DNA from: Flavobacteriales bacterium
Lineage (GTDB): Bacteria; Bacteroidota; Bacteroidia; Flavobacteriales_F; PHOS-HE28
DNA: 64,000 nucleotides
Direction of reading: 5' to 3'
Assembly (NCBI GenBank): GCA_016788295.1
Contig: JAEUSY010000021.1
Location: 1,417-65,416, forward strand
Shown here: piece by piece, positions 51,301 through 60,400 of the stretch
Position numbering within the stretch: the stretch's first letter is position 1
How the letters are laid out: each line of letters starts with the position of its first letter
Notes under the pieces: model-generated
Told to the model about the DNA's origin: nothing
The model's database searches: none
Seen by the model: only the letters and a program-made list of their open reading frames with translations
Position numbers and translations under genes: made by a program

Positions 51301-54035
51301 ACCAGATCAGCGTGCAACTGACCGGTGGTGCCAGCTTCGCCGGATGGTTCCTGAAGAGCAGCACCAACTGCGGTAACGCCAGCCAGTGCATTGCCAACTC
51401 GGTGACCACTGCGGTCAATGGTACGGCCAGCAGCATTGTAACGCTCGCTGCGGGTACCTACTACGTGATCGTCGACTCGCGTCCGCTACCCAATTGTGTT
51501 GCCTACAACATCAGCATCACTCAGTTCGTGGCACTACCCGGTGACAATTGCACCAACGCCATCAGCCTTGCTACAGGCCTTACCTGCACCCCAACTGCAG
51601 GCAGCGTGGCGGGCATGACGCAGACCATTGCGGCCGGTGTGTGCGGTGGAACGGCGGATGACGACATCTGGTACAGCTTCGTGGCCACGGCAACGAGCCA
51701 TGAAGTGATCCTCGACGCGGCCTTCGATGCCGTGCTTGAAGTGCGCAGTGGTGCCTGCAACGGCGTGAACATTGCCTGCGCGGACAACAACTTCAGCACA
51801 GGCATTGAGCAGCTAAGCCTTACCGGCTTGACCATTGGGGCCACCTACTACGTTCGCCTCTGGTCATGGTCCGGTGTAGTTCAGACCACACCCACCTTCA
51901 CCATCTGTGTAAGTGCTCCTCCTCCGCCTTACGACCCCTGCACCAGCATCGCGAACATCTCAGCTTGTGATGTTCCCACTGGCGCGGTATCGACCACAGC
52001 AGGCAGCGGCGCCTTCAACAACTATGGTGGACCCTTCGGAACGCCTGGCCAGGAGAAGATCTTCACCTTCACCGCATCGGTCACGGGTGTTCACCTGATC
52101 AACGTGACGCAGCTGACCGGCAGCTGGATCGACTTCTTCTGGAAGGCGGTCGGCACCTGCGATGCCACGGGCTGGAACTACTACGATGATGTGCTCGTTA
52201 CAGGTATTGTGGCACCTACCGGTGTCCCACTGAACTTCACGGCCGGCACCACCTACTACATCATGTGGGATGCCGAGGATACCGGTGCACGTACCGTGGA
52301 CTTCACGGTTGTTTGCCCGATACCCGTGCCTGCGAACGACCTCTGCGCCAACGCCATACCAGTGGCCTGCAACAGCACCGTCGCCGGCACCACATTGGGC
52401 AGCACCAACACAGGCAACCCGGGCACCTGCACAACGGACCTGAGCACTGCTGGTGGCGTTTGGTACACGGTGCAGGGCTGGAACGGACAGATGACCGCCA
52501 GCCTCTGCGGAAGTGGTTTCGATACCAAGATCGGCGTGTTCACGGGTTCATGCGGTGCCCTCACCTGTGTGATCGGCAATGATGACTTCTGCGGCCTGCA
52601 GAGCCAGACCACCTGGACCGGCACCCAAGGCACCACGTACTATGTGTATGTAACCGGATTCGGAGCGAACACCGGTGCATTCACCATGACCGTGACCTGT
52701 GGCGACACCAACCCGGCCTGCACCACCAACGGCCTGACCCTGGAGCTGGAGACCGACGCCAACTTCCTGCAGACCAGCTGGGAGATCGTTGCCCAAGGCA
52801 CCAACGTGGTCGCTTTGAGCGGAAGCAACCTGCCCGTACAAGGCATCATTACCCAGAGTGCCTGCCTGCCTGATGGCTGCTACCGTTTGCGCGTGCTCGA
52901 TGCAGGTGGCGATGGTATCAGTGGCGGTGGCTACATCCTGCGTACCCAGGGCAGCAACCAGCGCATCATCGACAACCGTGACAACTTCACTACGGGCAGC
53001 GTGAGCGCAGTGATCGGCAATGGTGGCTTCTGCCTGCCCTTGGGCACCGACAAGCTGATCTACACCAGCTGCGACAAGCTCGACTGGGTGAACAACCAGT
53101 TCCTTGTGGCCGACCCCAACCCGGCGGTAAGTGCCCAATGGCAAGTGGGCAACCAAACGGACGACGGTTACCAGTTCTGGATCTTCGATCCGAACGGCAC
53201 CTACGGCTACACCAAGTTCCGCAACCACGCCACCAGCGATGGTTTCGGTCCCCCCAGCGCCATCCGTGCCTGCCACATGCAGATCAACAACTGGAGCCCG
53301 AACCAGATCCCCGCCAACGTGCTGATGAACGTGAAGGTGCGCAGCCGTGTGAACGGTACCAACAGCGCATGGGGTCCGGTTTGCCGCTTCAAGATCGATC
53401 CGGTGCGTGCGGCCTGCCCCCTCACCAAGCTCATGGACATCCCCGGCAACCAGTTCTTCAGCTGCAACGTTACCCGCACATGGGGCGGCAACAACCGCGT
53501 ATACGCTCGTCCGGTGGATGGTGCAACGCAATATCAATTCCGCTTCAGCAATGCGGAACTGGCCCAGCCCGTTGTACGCACGAACACGACGTACTACGTG
53601 AACCTGAACTGGACGCCCGCACTGCCCAACGGCACCTACCAGGTGCAGGTGCGTGCCTTCAAGAACGGCGCTTGGTGCGTTACCAGCCTGCCTTGGGGTG
53701 ATGTGTGCAACGTGACCATTGTGGGCAGCACGGCCATGACCCAGAACGGCGGTGGCACCGTGAGCACAGGCGATGCCAAGCTCGCGATGTTCCCTAACCC
53801 CAACCGTGGCGATCTGCTCACCCTGAGCCTAAGCGCTGTGGAGGAAGGTGTGAACACGGTAAGCGTGGACATCTACGACCTCACCGGTGCCGTGGTAAGC
53901 AGCCGTACCATCGCCGTGAACGATGGCATGGTGTACCAAGTGCTGGAACTGAACGAGATGGCCAGCGGCCTCTACATGGTGAACATCACCGCAGGTAACG
54001 AGCGCTACACCGAGCGATTGGTGATCAGCAAGTGA
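45348..54035 (+). CDS. giant (~2,895 aa) T9SS cargo protein: N-terminal Asn/Thr/Gly-rich beta-solenoid-like repeats, three Cys-rich ~125-aa modules, CUB-like module, conserved C-terminal module and Por_Secre_tail
   Basis: signal peptide 'MRPNNPLRYILRSLLVLLAAALGTTASAQ' (start 45348; the track ORF starts at 45186); C-terminus 'FPNPNRGDLLTLSL...GLYMVNITAGNERYTERLVISK'. Confidence 0.7.
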   Translation: MRPNNPLRYILRSLLVLLAAALGTTASAQVSTNSGSGLNPTYPDLAAAITALNSASITSPVVITLTGNETAPAGGYVITAEGSATNTITIQGSGSTLTASGSLTAGNLNDGIFKLVGGDWITIQGFTMQENPANTTTAAASNNMTEWGVALLYASNTNGAQNNTIQNNTIALNRTYGNTFGVYSNVRHIDGPTSANVTTLADIANNTTAPNSGNKVYGNTISNVNHGIVFVGSPTAANMDQGNDIGGASAGTGNNITAYGGLAAATAYAGYPTTIIAGAYLLNQNNFNLSFNSFISASLNTATALRGILTDYSVAPIGAITNTVLSNTVTFTQAGAAGVQGITTAGGFPMSNVTTNVNGNSFVNNVITGNAGMFGIANLGQFGTLNMNNNIVSGNTSAATTLGFTGITNQGAVINTINIQNNQVGTESTNAVTFSTATTAGITGISNTQGTATTTLNITGNFLRRFSLVTTGQFAGIIQSSANIGVAINLNNNNLGTTTANLYTYSGASTNTVFGIVNAAGAATATLNMTGNNITGLVHTLARTAGGHNYYNNQTFTGSTNISNNTITNVTDNSAGTSAVTMISNSVSHAAGTTHTVSNNAIVGSYTKTGGSGQIAYYNSFGSSSSAVTEINNGNNFSNMNFTGTTGTNIGWRSADGATPGSRKTVTNNTFSNITGGTGAMSSVLYVGFSDNTFAGNNVSGNVISNITNGNSITGIFSDGQNQNFFSNTIAGLSATGASAIVNGISLTGATVQNVFKNKIYDLQANGATATVNGIVVSAGATVNIHNNLIGDLRAPSTSSATDAVRGISITSATANATNSVFYNTIYLNATSSGANFSTAGVFHTANATATTGRLELRNNSITNLSTPNGTGNVAAFRRSSGAAGTLSNYAASSNNNMLYAGTPGASTLIYADGTSTAQTLTDYQNGIFTAGTVAPRDAASVSGDITAQFLSTSGASPLYLHMDPFTPTILDDAGSFVASVLDDFDGNIRSVTTPEIGADEILVPCVGTPTPGNTTASVSSACVGQSITLGLQNASTGDGISYAWEFDNGGGWTAFGTNAPTQVVTQSVGTSYRCTVSCSGGGSATSGVISVPMSAPFPVDFAPLTFAPNCWSATVNANLLRAASNAFSEPGSGSAQWNFYSATNNTILSLTSPTFTPVGAGQQIRFDVAGTTYTGGEIDSIAVEVSSNGGTTWALLQGMSNNVGGLLNTAIPQTANFVPTGAQWNRLAFPVPAGTDRIRFRGRSNFGNSVYIDNIVLEPVPTCVAPSGVAAIGTSTTTANLTWNGTGNFIVEYGPAATFTIPGTGASQGPEGTSTVVTGVSSPYTIPGLVHPTQYRVYVRRDCTGSNEGYSINSPGITFYSQPPYDQCESITSFPSVGAGGSILLSGNNFGATDSEGFGQLVSWEAFTLTSCVTTLNIDYCGSTPARTNAFVNLFVGCPQSAGFIPWTGTAGPACPNGSVNVPYANVPAGTYYIAIMNQTGASGPYGITVTAGAACPPAPDNDLCSNATPITCGQTLSGTTVNATTTGAPATLCNGLLNNTSGGVWYQVSGVCGSVTASLCTTVPTWNSKLAVYSGACGSLTCVTTNDDFCGTLSQATWTADASLTYYIYVLGVNVSTSGTFDLALTCANTAVQASATAVDDCANDQFSVPVNITGLGGAASATINYSVNGTPQTPLSGLGIGVTNLGPFAAGAEVAITVSNGVAGCATNLGSYYSNCPVTITCGSTLVVNHCYTNNDTRTWTFNSPVLGETVTVTFVAGTMAPNDVVRIYDGVDNTGSVLVSGNFASLPGVTATSTGQSIFIEIDSDASGSCFTGGATSWQFEVECTAGCTDPDGVVSPNVNCATYSFTLDIEILGTGDAATTDLVYTVNGGSPITIPGLDFDSGIQTIGPWPIGTTINVVLEHETDGACNKNLGNFTPGLACPPPGTSCALPFQVNSYPFTQSNTTCGKGNNVVGTQCGLGANYGGGEDFVYQLNISSAGDYQISVQLTGGASFAGWFLKSSTNCGNASQCIANSVTTAVNGTASSIVTLAAGTYYVIVDSRPLPNCVAYNISITQFVALPGDNCTNAISLATGLTCTPTAGSVAGMTQTIAAGVCGGTADDDIWYSFVATATSHEVILDAAFDAVLEVRSGACNGVNIACADNNFSTGIEQLSLTGLTIGATYYVRLWSWSGVVQTTPTFTICVSAPPPPYDPCTSIANISACDVPTGAVSTTAGSGAFNNYGGPFGTPGQEKIFTFTASVTGVHLINVTQLTGSWIDFFWKAVGTCDATGWNYYDDVLVTGIVAPTGVPLNFTAGTTYYIMWDAEDTGARTVDFTVVCPIPVPANDLCANAIPVACNSTVAGTTLGSTNTGNPGTCTTDLSTAGGVWYTVQGWNGQMTASLCGSGFDTKIGVFTGSCGALTCVIGNDDFCGLQSQTTWTGTQGTTYYVYVTGFGANTGAFTMTVTCGDTNPACTTNGLTLELETDANFLQTSWEIVAQGTNVVALSGSNLPVQGIITQSACLPDGCYRLRVLDAGGDGISGGGYILRTQGSNQRIIDNRDNFTTGSVSAVIGNGGFCLPLGTDKLIYTSCDKLDWVNNQFLVADPNPAVSAQWQVGNQTDDGYQFWIFDPNGTYGYTKFRNHATSDGFGPPSAIRACHMQINNWSPNQIPANVLMNVKVRSRVNGTNSAWGPVCRFKIDPVRAACPLTKLMDIPGNQFFSCNVTRTWGGNNRVYARPVDGATQYQFRFSNAELAQPVVRTNTTYYVNLNWTPALPNGTYQVQVRAFKNGAWCVTSLPWGDVCNVTIVGSTAMTQNGGGTVSTGDAKLAMFPNPNRGDLLTLSLSAVEEGVNTVSVDIYDLTGAVVSSRTIAVNDGMVYQVLELNEMASGLYMVNITAGNERYTERLVISK

Positions 54036-54046
54036 GCTGAGCACCT
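52727..54046 (+). repeat. copy 1 of a ~1.3 kb direct repeat (3' end of giant gene 1); nearly identical to copy 2 from about 52960 onward
   Basis: direct nucleotide comparison: 53041-53500 vs 62175-62635, and 53740-54046 vs 62920-63197, differ at only a few percent of positions, and the match includes 11 nt after the stop codon. Confidence 0.8.
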
Positions 54047-54064
54047 GGACCAACACTGAAGCGA

Positions 54065-54110
54065 ACGCCCCGCTCACCTCCCGGATCCCCGGGAATGGTG
54101 AGCGGGGCGT
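54065..54110 (+). terminator. rho-independent terminator after the first giant gene
   Basis: ACGCCCCGCTCACC-(18-nt loop that itself contains CCCGG/CCGGG)-GGTGAGCGGGGCGT. Confidence 0.6.
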
Positions 54111-54447
54111 CCGCATGTCGGCCCGGCCATGGCATTAACTCTCCGCAACGGCAACCACCTTGCGCCCGAAAAACCCGTCCCTATTGAGCGTTCGTGATCA
54201 AGGCGATCAGTTGCCTGTTGTTCAAAAGTTTTATTTGTGTTGCTTCTATCACAAGGAACCTTTAATCTTGACAACCTGATAACAATTAAAAGCTCAAAGT
54301 ATCACTGACCTACACCGTAACACCATCCGCCACGAATGGCACCAGCTGATCAGTATGCCTCCCAGCCACCCCTTAGGCTGAACCAACGGAAGTGACCCGC
54401 TTTGTCACCACACCCTGACGACTTTCCTAACCCAAAACCAAGAACTC

Positions 54448-57400
54448 ATGAATTGTCGAACTACGCGCAAGCCTGCGGCAGGGCGGAAGCGGTGGTGGAA
54501 CGGCCTGCTCGCAATGGCAGTGACCCTTTTGACCGCGCTACCGTCGCTCGCCCAGGTCAGCTATTCGGAGAATTTCAATGCCAGTGCTGGCGGATGGACC
54601 GGCATGGGCTACTTCACAGGCGCCACGGCTTGTGGTGGTTCTGGTGGGGCCATGCGCGCCAACCTGTACTCGTCCGTTACCACCAACAGCTTCGTTTCGC
54701 CGCTGGTGGGAACCTCGCAGGGCGGGGCCATGACCATCACCTACGATTACAAGGCGATGATCTGGAGCGCCAATACGGACGCCCAGAACCCTTGGGGTAG
54801 CTTCATTGTCCAGTATGGCGCTACCGCCTCCGGACCTTGGACCAACATCACCACCATCTCGGAAGAGGCACAGACCAGTGGTGTATGCATACCCAAGTCG
54901 CACTCCTTCACCCCACCGGCAGGTGCCCTGTATATCAGGTTCGCCTCCACATGGTCCTCCGGAGACTACTACCTGAACTTCGACAACATCACGGTGTCCG
55001 AGCAACTGGCACCCTGCACAGAGCCGATCTCCCCGGGTAACACCGTGGCTTCGGTGGCAACACCCTGCTTCAACACCAACTTTACGCTCAGCCTCTCCAC
55101 CCCTCCGGTAGGAAGTGGGCTTGCGTACCAGTGGCAGCGTTCGGCTGACAACACCTTTGCCAGCCCGACGAACCTTGGCACGGCCGCCACGCAGGTCACT
55201 TCGCACGCTTCAGGCGACAACTTTTGGTACCGCTGCCTGGTTAGCTGCAGCGGTGGTGCCCAAGTGGAATCCACTCCGCTCGAAGTTGGGACCAACAGTT
55301 CCGTGGCGCAATGCGGAAACTATTGCACCACCAACCTCTACTCCACCGGTACTGGTGCCGGTGACCTGATCTCGAACGTGGGCATTTCCGGCACCACGCT
55401 CAGCAACAACACGGGCTTCGTGGCCGGTACTCCTTCGTACACCTTCTACCTGCCCAACCCGCCAAGCAACACCCGCACCGCCACCCTGCAGGCCGGTTCT
55501 TCCTACAACGTGAACGTATCCACCGGCGAGTGGGGCGACCAGGGTTTTGCCGTCTGGATCGACTACAACGATGATGGTGTGTTCTCCACGCCTTCGGAGC
55601 GTATCGGTGCCACTCCGGGCCGCATCGGCGCTGGCTTCACGCCAGGCCAGGTGAACGCTTCAGCATCCTTCCCCATCACCCTCGCCTGCAACCCACCCCT
55701 TGGCGTTCACCGCATGCGTGTGCGTTGCGTGTATAACCTCAACGGTGTTAGTGTTGACCCCTGCCTGAACTACACTTGGGGCGAGGTGGAGGATTATCTG
55801 GTGACCATTACTGCACCCGACCCTTGCCCTGCGCCGAGCAACCTGGTTGCCGTGGTGAACGGGAACAGCGCCACGCTGACGTGGAACACCGGCTGCGCCG
55901 AAACACTTTGGAACGTGCATGTGCAACCCGCTGGCGGTGGCACCCCTGTGGTGGCTTCCGACCCCGGCGTGGGCCCCACCTCTTCCTTGGTGGTGAACGG
56001 CCTCGTGAGCGGTACCACCTATGAGTTCTATGTGCAGGCCGATTGCATCGGTGACGGTACCAGCTCATGGGCTGGTCCTGTGCAGTTCGCCCCACCCCCA
56101 TTGAACAACGAATGCACAGGCGTTACCCCCCAAACGGTGGGTGCCTTGGGCAGCGCGACCTTCAACGGCAACAGCACCGGCGCCACGGATACCGAAGGCT
56201 TCGGAGGTCTTGTGGTTTGGGAGGCCTTTACGCTCACCGAATGCGTTCAATCGCTTGAGGTGAACTACTGCGGCAGCAACCCAGCACGCACCGTGGCCTA
56301 TGTGAACCTCTTCACCTCGTGCCCCTTCGGCGCGCAGCCCTTCATCGGCGCCACCAGTGTGCTGAACGACTGCCCCAACGGCGGCCGTAGGCACCTGTAT
56401 GGCAACCTGAGCCCCGGCACCTACTACATCGCCATTTCCGAGGGTATCGCAGGCGGCAGCGGCCCATATTCGGTACAAGTGCTTCCCGGTGCTTCGTGCC
56501 CACCGCCTGCCTGTGTTACAACACCTAACCCCGCTAACGGAGGAACGGCATGCGCTGGTCAGGCAGTAACGCTTAGCTGGCCTGCTGTACAATATGCGAC
56601 CGGTTATGATGTAGTCGTGGACGGCAACACCGTGGCCATCAACCAGCCAGGCACCACCTTCAACGCTGGCATTCTTGCAGCTGGCCCGCACACCTGGAGC
56701 GTTGTGCCCCAGAGCGCACAAGGCCCTGCCACCGGCTGCCCCACCTGGAACTTCACTGCCAACGTGCTCGGTTGCTACTGCGCAAGCGGAGCGATCAACA
56801 CTGGTGACGAGGAGATCTACAGCGTAACGGTGAATGGCAACACCAACGGTGCAGGAGCCGCTGATTGCGGTGTGACCGCACCTGGTTCGGGATCCATTGC
56901 CCAGCGTTATGCCAACTACTTCCCACTGGGTCCGATCTTCTCGGTACAGAAAGGTGTGCAAGCCACATTCAACGTACAGGAGGATGAGTGTGACGGCGCA
57001 CCGTACTACCCCTTCGGCACCGCGATCTGGATCGACTTCGACCAGAACGGCGTGTTCAGCGATGCCACGGAGAAAGTGTTCGTAGAAGCCGCTACGGCCA
57101 CCGGCCCCCGCAACGTGACCGGCACCTTCAACGTGCCCATGACCGCCCTGCTCGGCACCACCGCCATGCGTGTGACCGTTTCCGAGGGCAACTCCGGTGA
57201 CCTGTTGACCTCTTGCCTGAGCTACGGCTACGGCGAGACCGAGGACTACCTGATCACCATTCTGCCACCGCCTCTGCCTGCGACCGCGCTGGTGAGCGTG
57301 GTGGACGACTGCAACGCCGCCACCTTCGACCTGAGCGTTGACATCACCAGCCTTGGCGATGGCGTAAGCGCAACCATCATCTACACCGTGAACGGCGGTT

Positions 57401-60400
57401 CGCCCACCAGCGTGCCCGCCAACCTGGGTGTGAACGTGCTGGATAACGGCGGCCTTGGCTTCGCGGCACTGGACGTGGTGAACATCGTGGTCGATAACGG
57501 TACCGTGAGTACCGCCGACCTCGGCAACTACTCGTCCAGCTGCCCCATCGAGATCACCTGCGGTGTGACCACCACGGTGAACTATTGCTACCAGAACAAC
57601 GACACCCGTTCCTGGACCTTCACCACGCCGATCCTGGCCGAGACCATTACGTTGAGCTTTGTGAGCGGCACCATGGCCCCGGATGATGTGATCCGCGTGT
57701 ACGACGGTACCGATAACACAGGTGCTTCGCTCACCAGCGGCAACTTCGCCAGCCTCGTGGGTGTTACGGCCACCAGCTTCTCCAACTCGATCTACATCGA
57801 AGTGGAAAGCAACAGCACCGGTAGCTGCTACGATGGCGACCCCGACGCCAGTGCATGGGTGTTCGAAGTGGAATGCACCGCTGGTTGCACTGACCCTGAG
57901 GGTATTGTGAGCGTGAACAACTGCGATGGCACCATCGCCGTGGAAGTGCTGAGCGTGGGTGATGCAACCTCCACTTCGTTGAGCTATTCAGTGAACGGTG
58001 GTCCTGCCACGATCGTCCCCGGTCTGGTCGACTTCGACATTGCGAACATCGGTCCCTTCACGCCAGGCCAGAGCGTACAGCTCTTCCTGCTGCACGAAAC
58101 GGACGGTGCCTGCAACAAGAACCTCGGCGCATTCACCATCCCATCGCCACCGAACATTTCGTTGACCGCTTCTGCTTCGCCCAGCACGATCTGCCCCAAC
58201 GGCAGCACACAGCTTTCAGCAGCGGCCACCACGCCCGTGGGTAACATCACCAACTACCAGTTCAGCACATTGACCGGTGCGGTGGACGCCATGGCAGGTG
58301 CTACCAGCCTCGGCGTGAGCGGTGATGATGCTCAGAGCGCGCTTACGAACATCGGCTTCCCCTTCATCTACGAAGGCAATAGCTTCACCCAGTTCTCCGC
58401 CAGCTCCAACGGTGCTGTACGCTTGGGTGCTGCTGTGAGCACGGCCTACATCAACACAGGTGCGTTCCTATCGAACACGCTGTATGCCCTGTGGGATGAC
58501 CACAGTGCGAACTCGGTGACCACCCTGCTCACCGGTACCGCTCCCAATAGGATCCGCATCATCAGCCTGAACCTGAACATTTCGTTCGGTACGGCCTCCG
58601 TGGTGCAGGTTTGGCTGTACGAAGGTTCCAACGCCATCGAGTACCGTTATGGTCCTGCGGCTACCACCGGCAGCGCCACTGTCGCCGTTGTGGGCGGCAG
58701 CACGGCCAACTACCAGAGCGTGCAGAGCTTTGCCAGCCCAACAACGAGCACCTCGGTGCGTAACGACATCCTGAACGGCTGGCCCGGCGCAGGCACGGTC
58801 TATCGGTTCGCTGCTCCGTCGGTAACGGCCACCTACAGCTGGTCGCCTGCCACCTTCCTGAGCGACCCGAACATCGCCAACCCTGTGGCCAGCGGTGTAA
58901 CGGAGACCACCACCTACACGGTAACGGCCATCGCCAACGGCTGCCCCTTCACCACCACGGTAACGGTGAACGTGTCCCCGGCCATCGAGTCGGCGGCCAT
59001 TACGCCTGAAGTAGCCTCGATCTGCACGGGCACGCCCGTCACCCTCACGGCGGTTCCCACCGGCGGACTTGCTCCTTACACCTACGCATGGACAGACCCG
59101 AACGGCAACCCTGCCGGCACGGCCAGCACGCAAAGCGCCACCATTGGTGGTACGTGGACCGTGGTGATCACCGACGCCTGCGGCACCTCGGCAGCGGCCA
59201 CGCGCACCGCAACGGAGACCCCGACGCCGATCGTGAACATCTCTGCCACCGCACCCATTTGCGTGGGCGGAGCTGTGACCCTCACGGCAACGTCTGACCA
59301 GCCCGGCAGCACCTTCGTATGGACGGGTGCAGCGCCTGTGGGTGGAAGCACCGCGGATAACGTGACCATCAGCAGCCTCACCACGGCCAACAACGGCACC
59401 TATTCGGTGGCCGCTTCTGCCGCCGGTTGCACGGGCACGGCCGCCTATGCTCTGAATGTGATCACGCCGCCGAACATCACCTCGCTAACGGCCACCCCGA
59501 CTGCCATTTGCGCAGGCACGGGCACCAGCCAACTGAACGTTACCGCACCTGCCACGGGTTATACCATGAGCATTGGTTCGTTCAGCACCGAGGCCTGCCA
59601 GGCAACGGCCGGTCCTTCGGGTGATGATGGTGTGATCCCTGCACCGGGTGCGAACATCGGGTTCAGCTTCACCTACTTCGGTGTCACCTACACCAACTTC
59701 ACCATCTCCACCAACGGTAACATCCAGTTGGGCGATGGCAGCGGTGCAGCGAACAACCCGGCGTACAGCAACGCGTGGTTCGAAACGGCGATCCCGAACG
59801 CTGCCGTACCGAACAACATGATCGCGTTGGCATGGGACGACTGGAACGCATCCCCCGGCCAGATCACCTACGGCACCATTGGTGTGGCACCGAACCGCAA
59901 ATTGGTGGTGTGCTTCAACAACATCACCGGCCGTGGCGATGGTGGCTCTGGTACCCTGAACGCCCAAGTGGTGTTGGAAGAAGGTACCAACCGCATCATC
60001 ATGAACCAGACCACGATCAACAGCTCCTCCTTCAAGGTGCAGGGTCTGGAAGATGCAACCGGTAGTGCGGCCAGCTTCTCCATTCCCGGTCGTAACAACG
60101 ATGTGAACTGGAGCACCACCAACGAGACGCGCATCTTTACGCCGATCGTGTTCGACTACGCCTGGAGCCCCGCCGCCAACCTCACGGCCACCAACATCGC
60201 CAACCCGGTGTTCGGTCCTGTGTCCGCTGGCAGCTACCCGCTCTCGGTGAACGTTTCCAACCAAGGTTGCGTGTCCACCGGCACGGTAACGGTGACCGCT
60301 GGCGAGCCCATGACGGCCGGCCAGGCGGAGATCGTGCCTGCCAACCCCTTCTTCTGCGGTGCCACCAGCGTAACGCTGACGGCCAACCCGCTGGGTGGTG

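Noticed and set aside
45327-53537. Many long minus-strand and alternative-frame ORFs (up to 485 aa) inside the giant T9SS genes, and 62032..63405 minus
   Set aside because: Repetitive, GC-rich coding sequence leaves other frames open. None has a start context, a signal or a recognisable motif.
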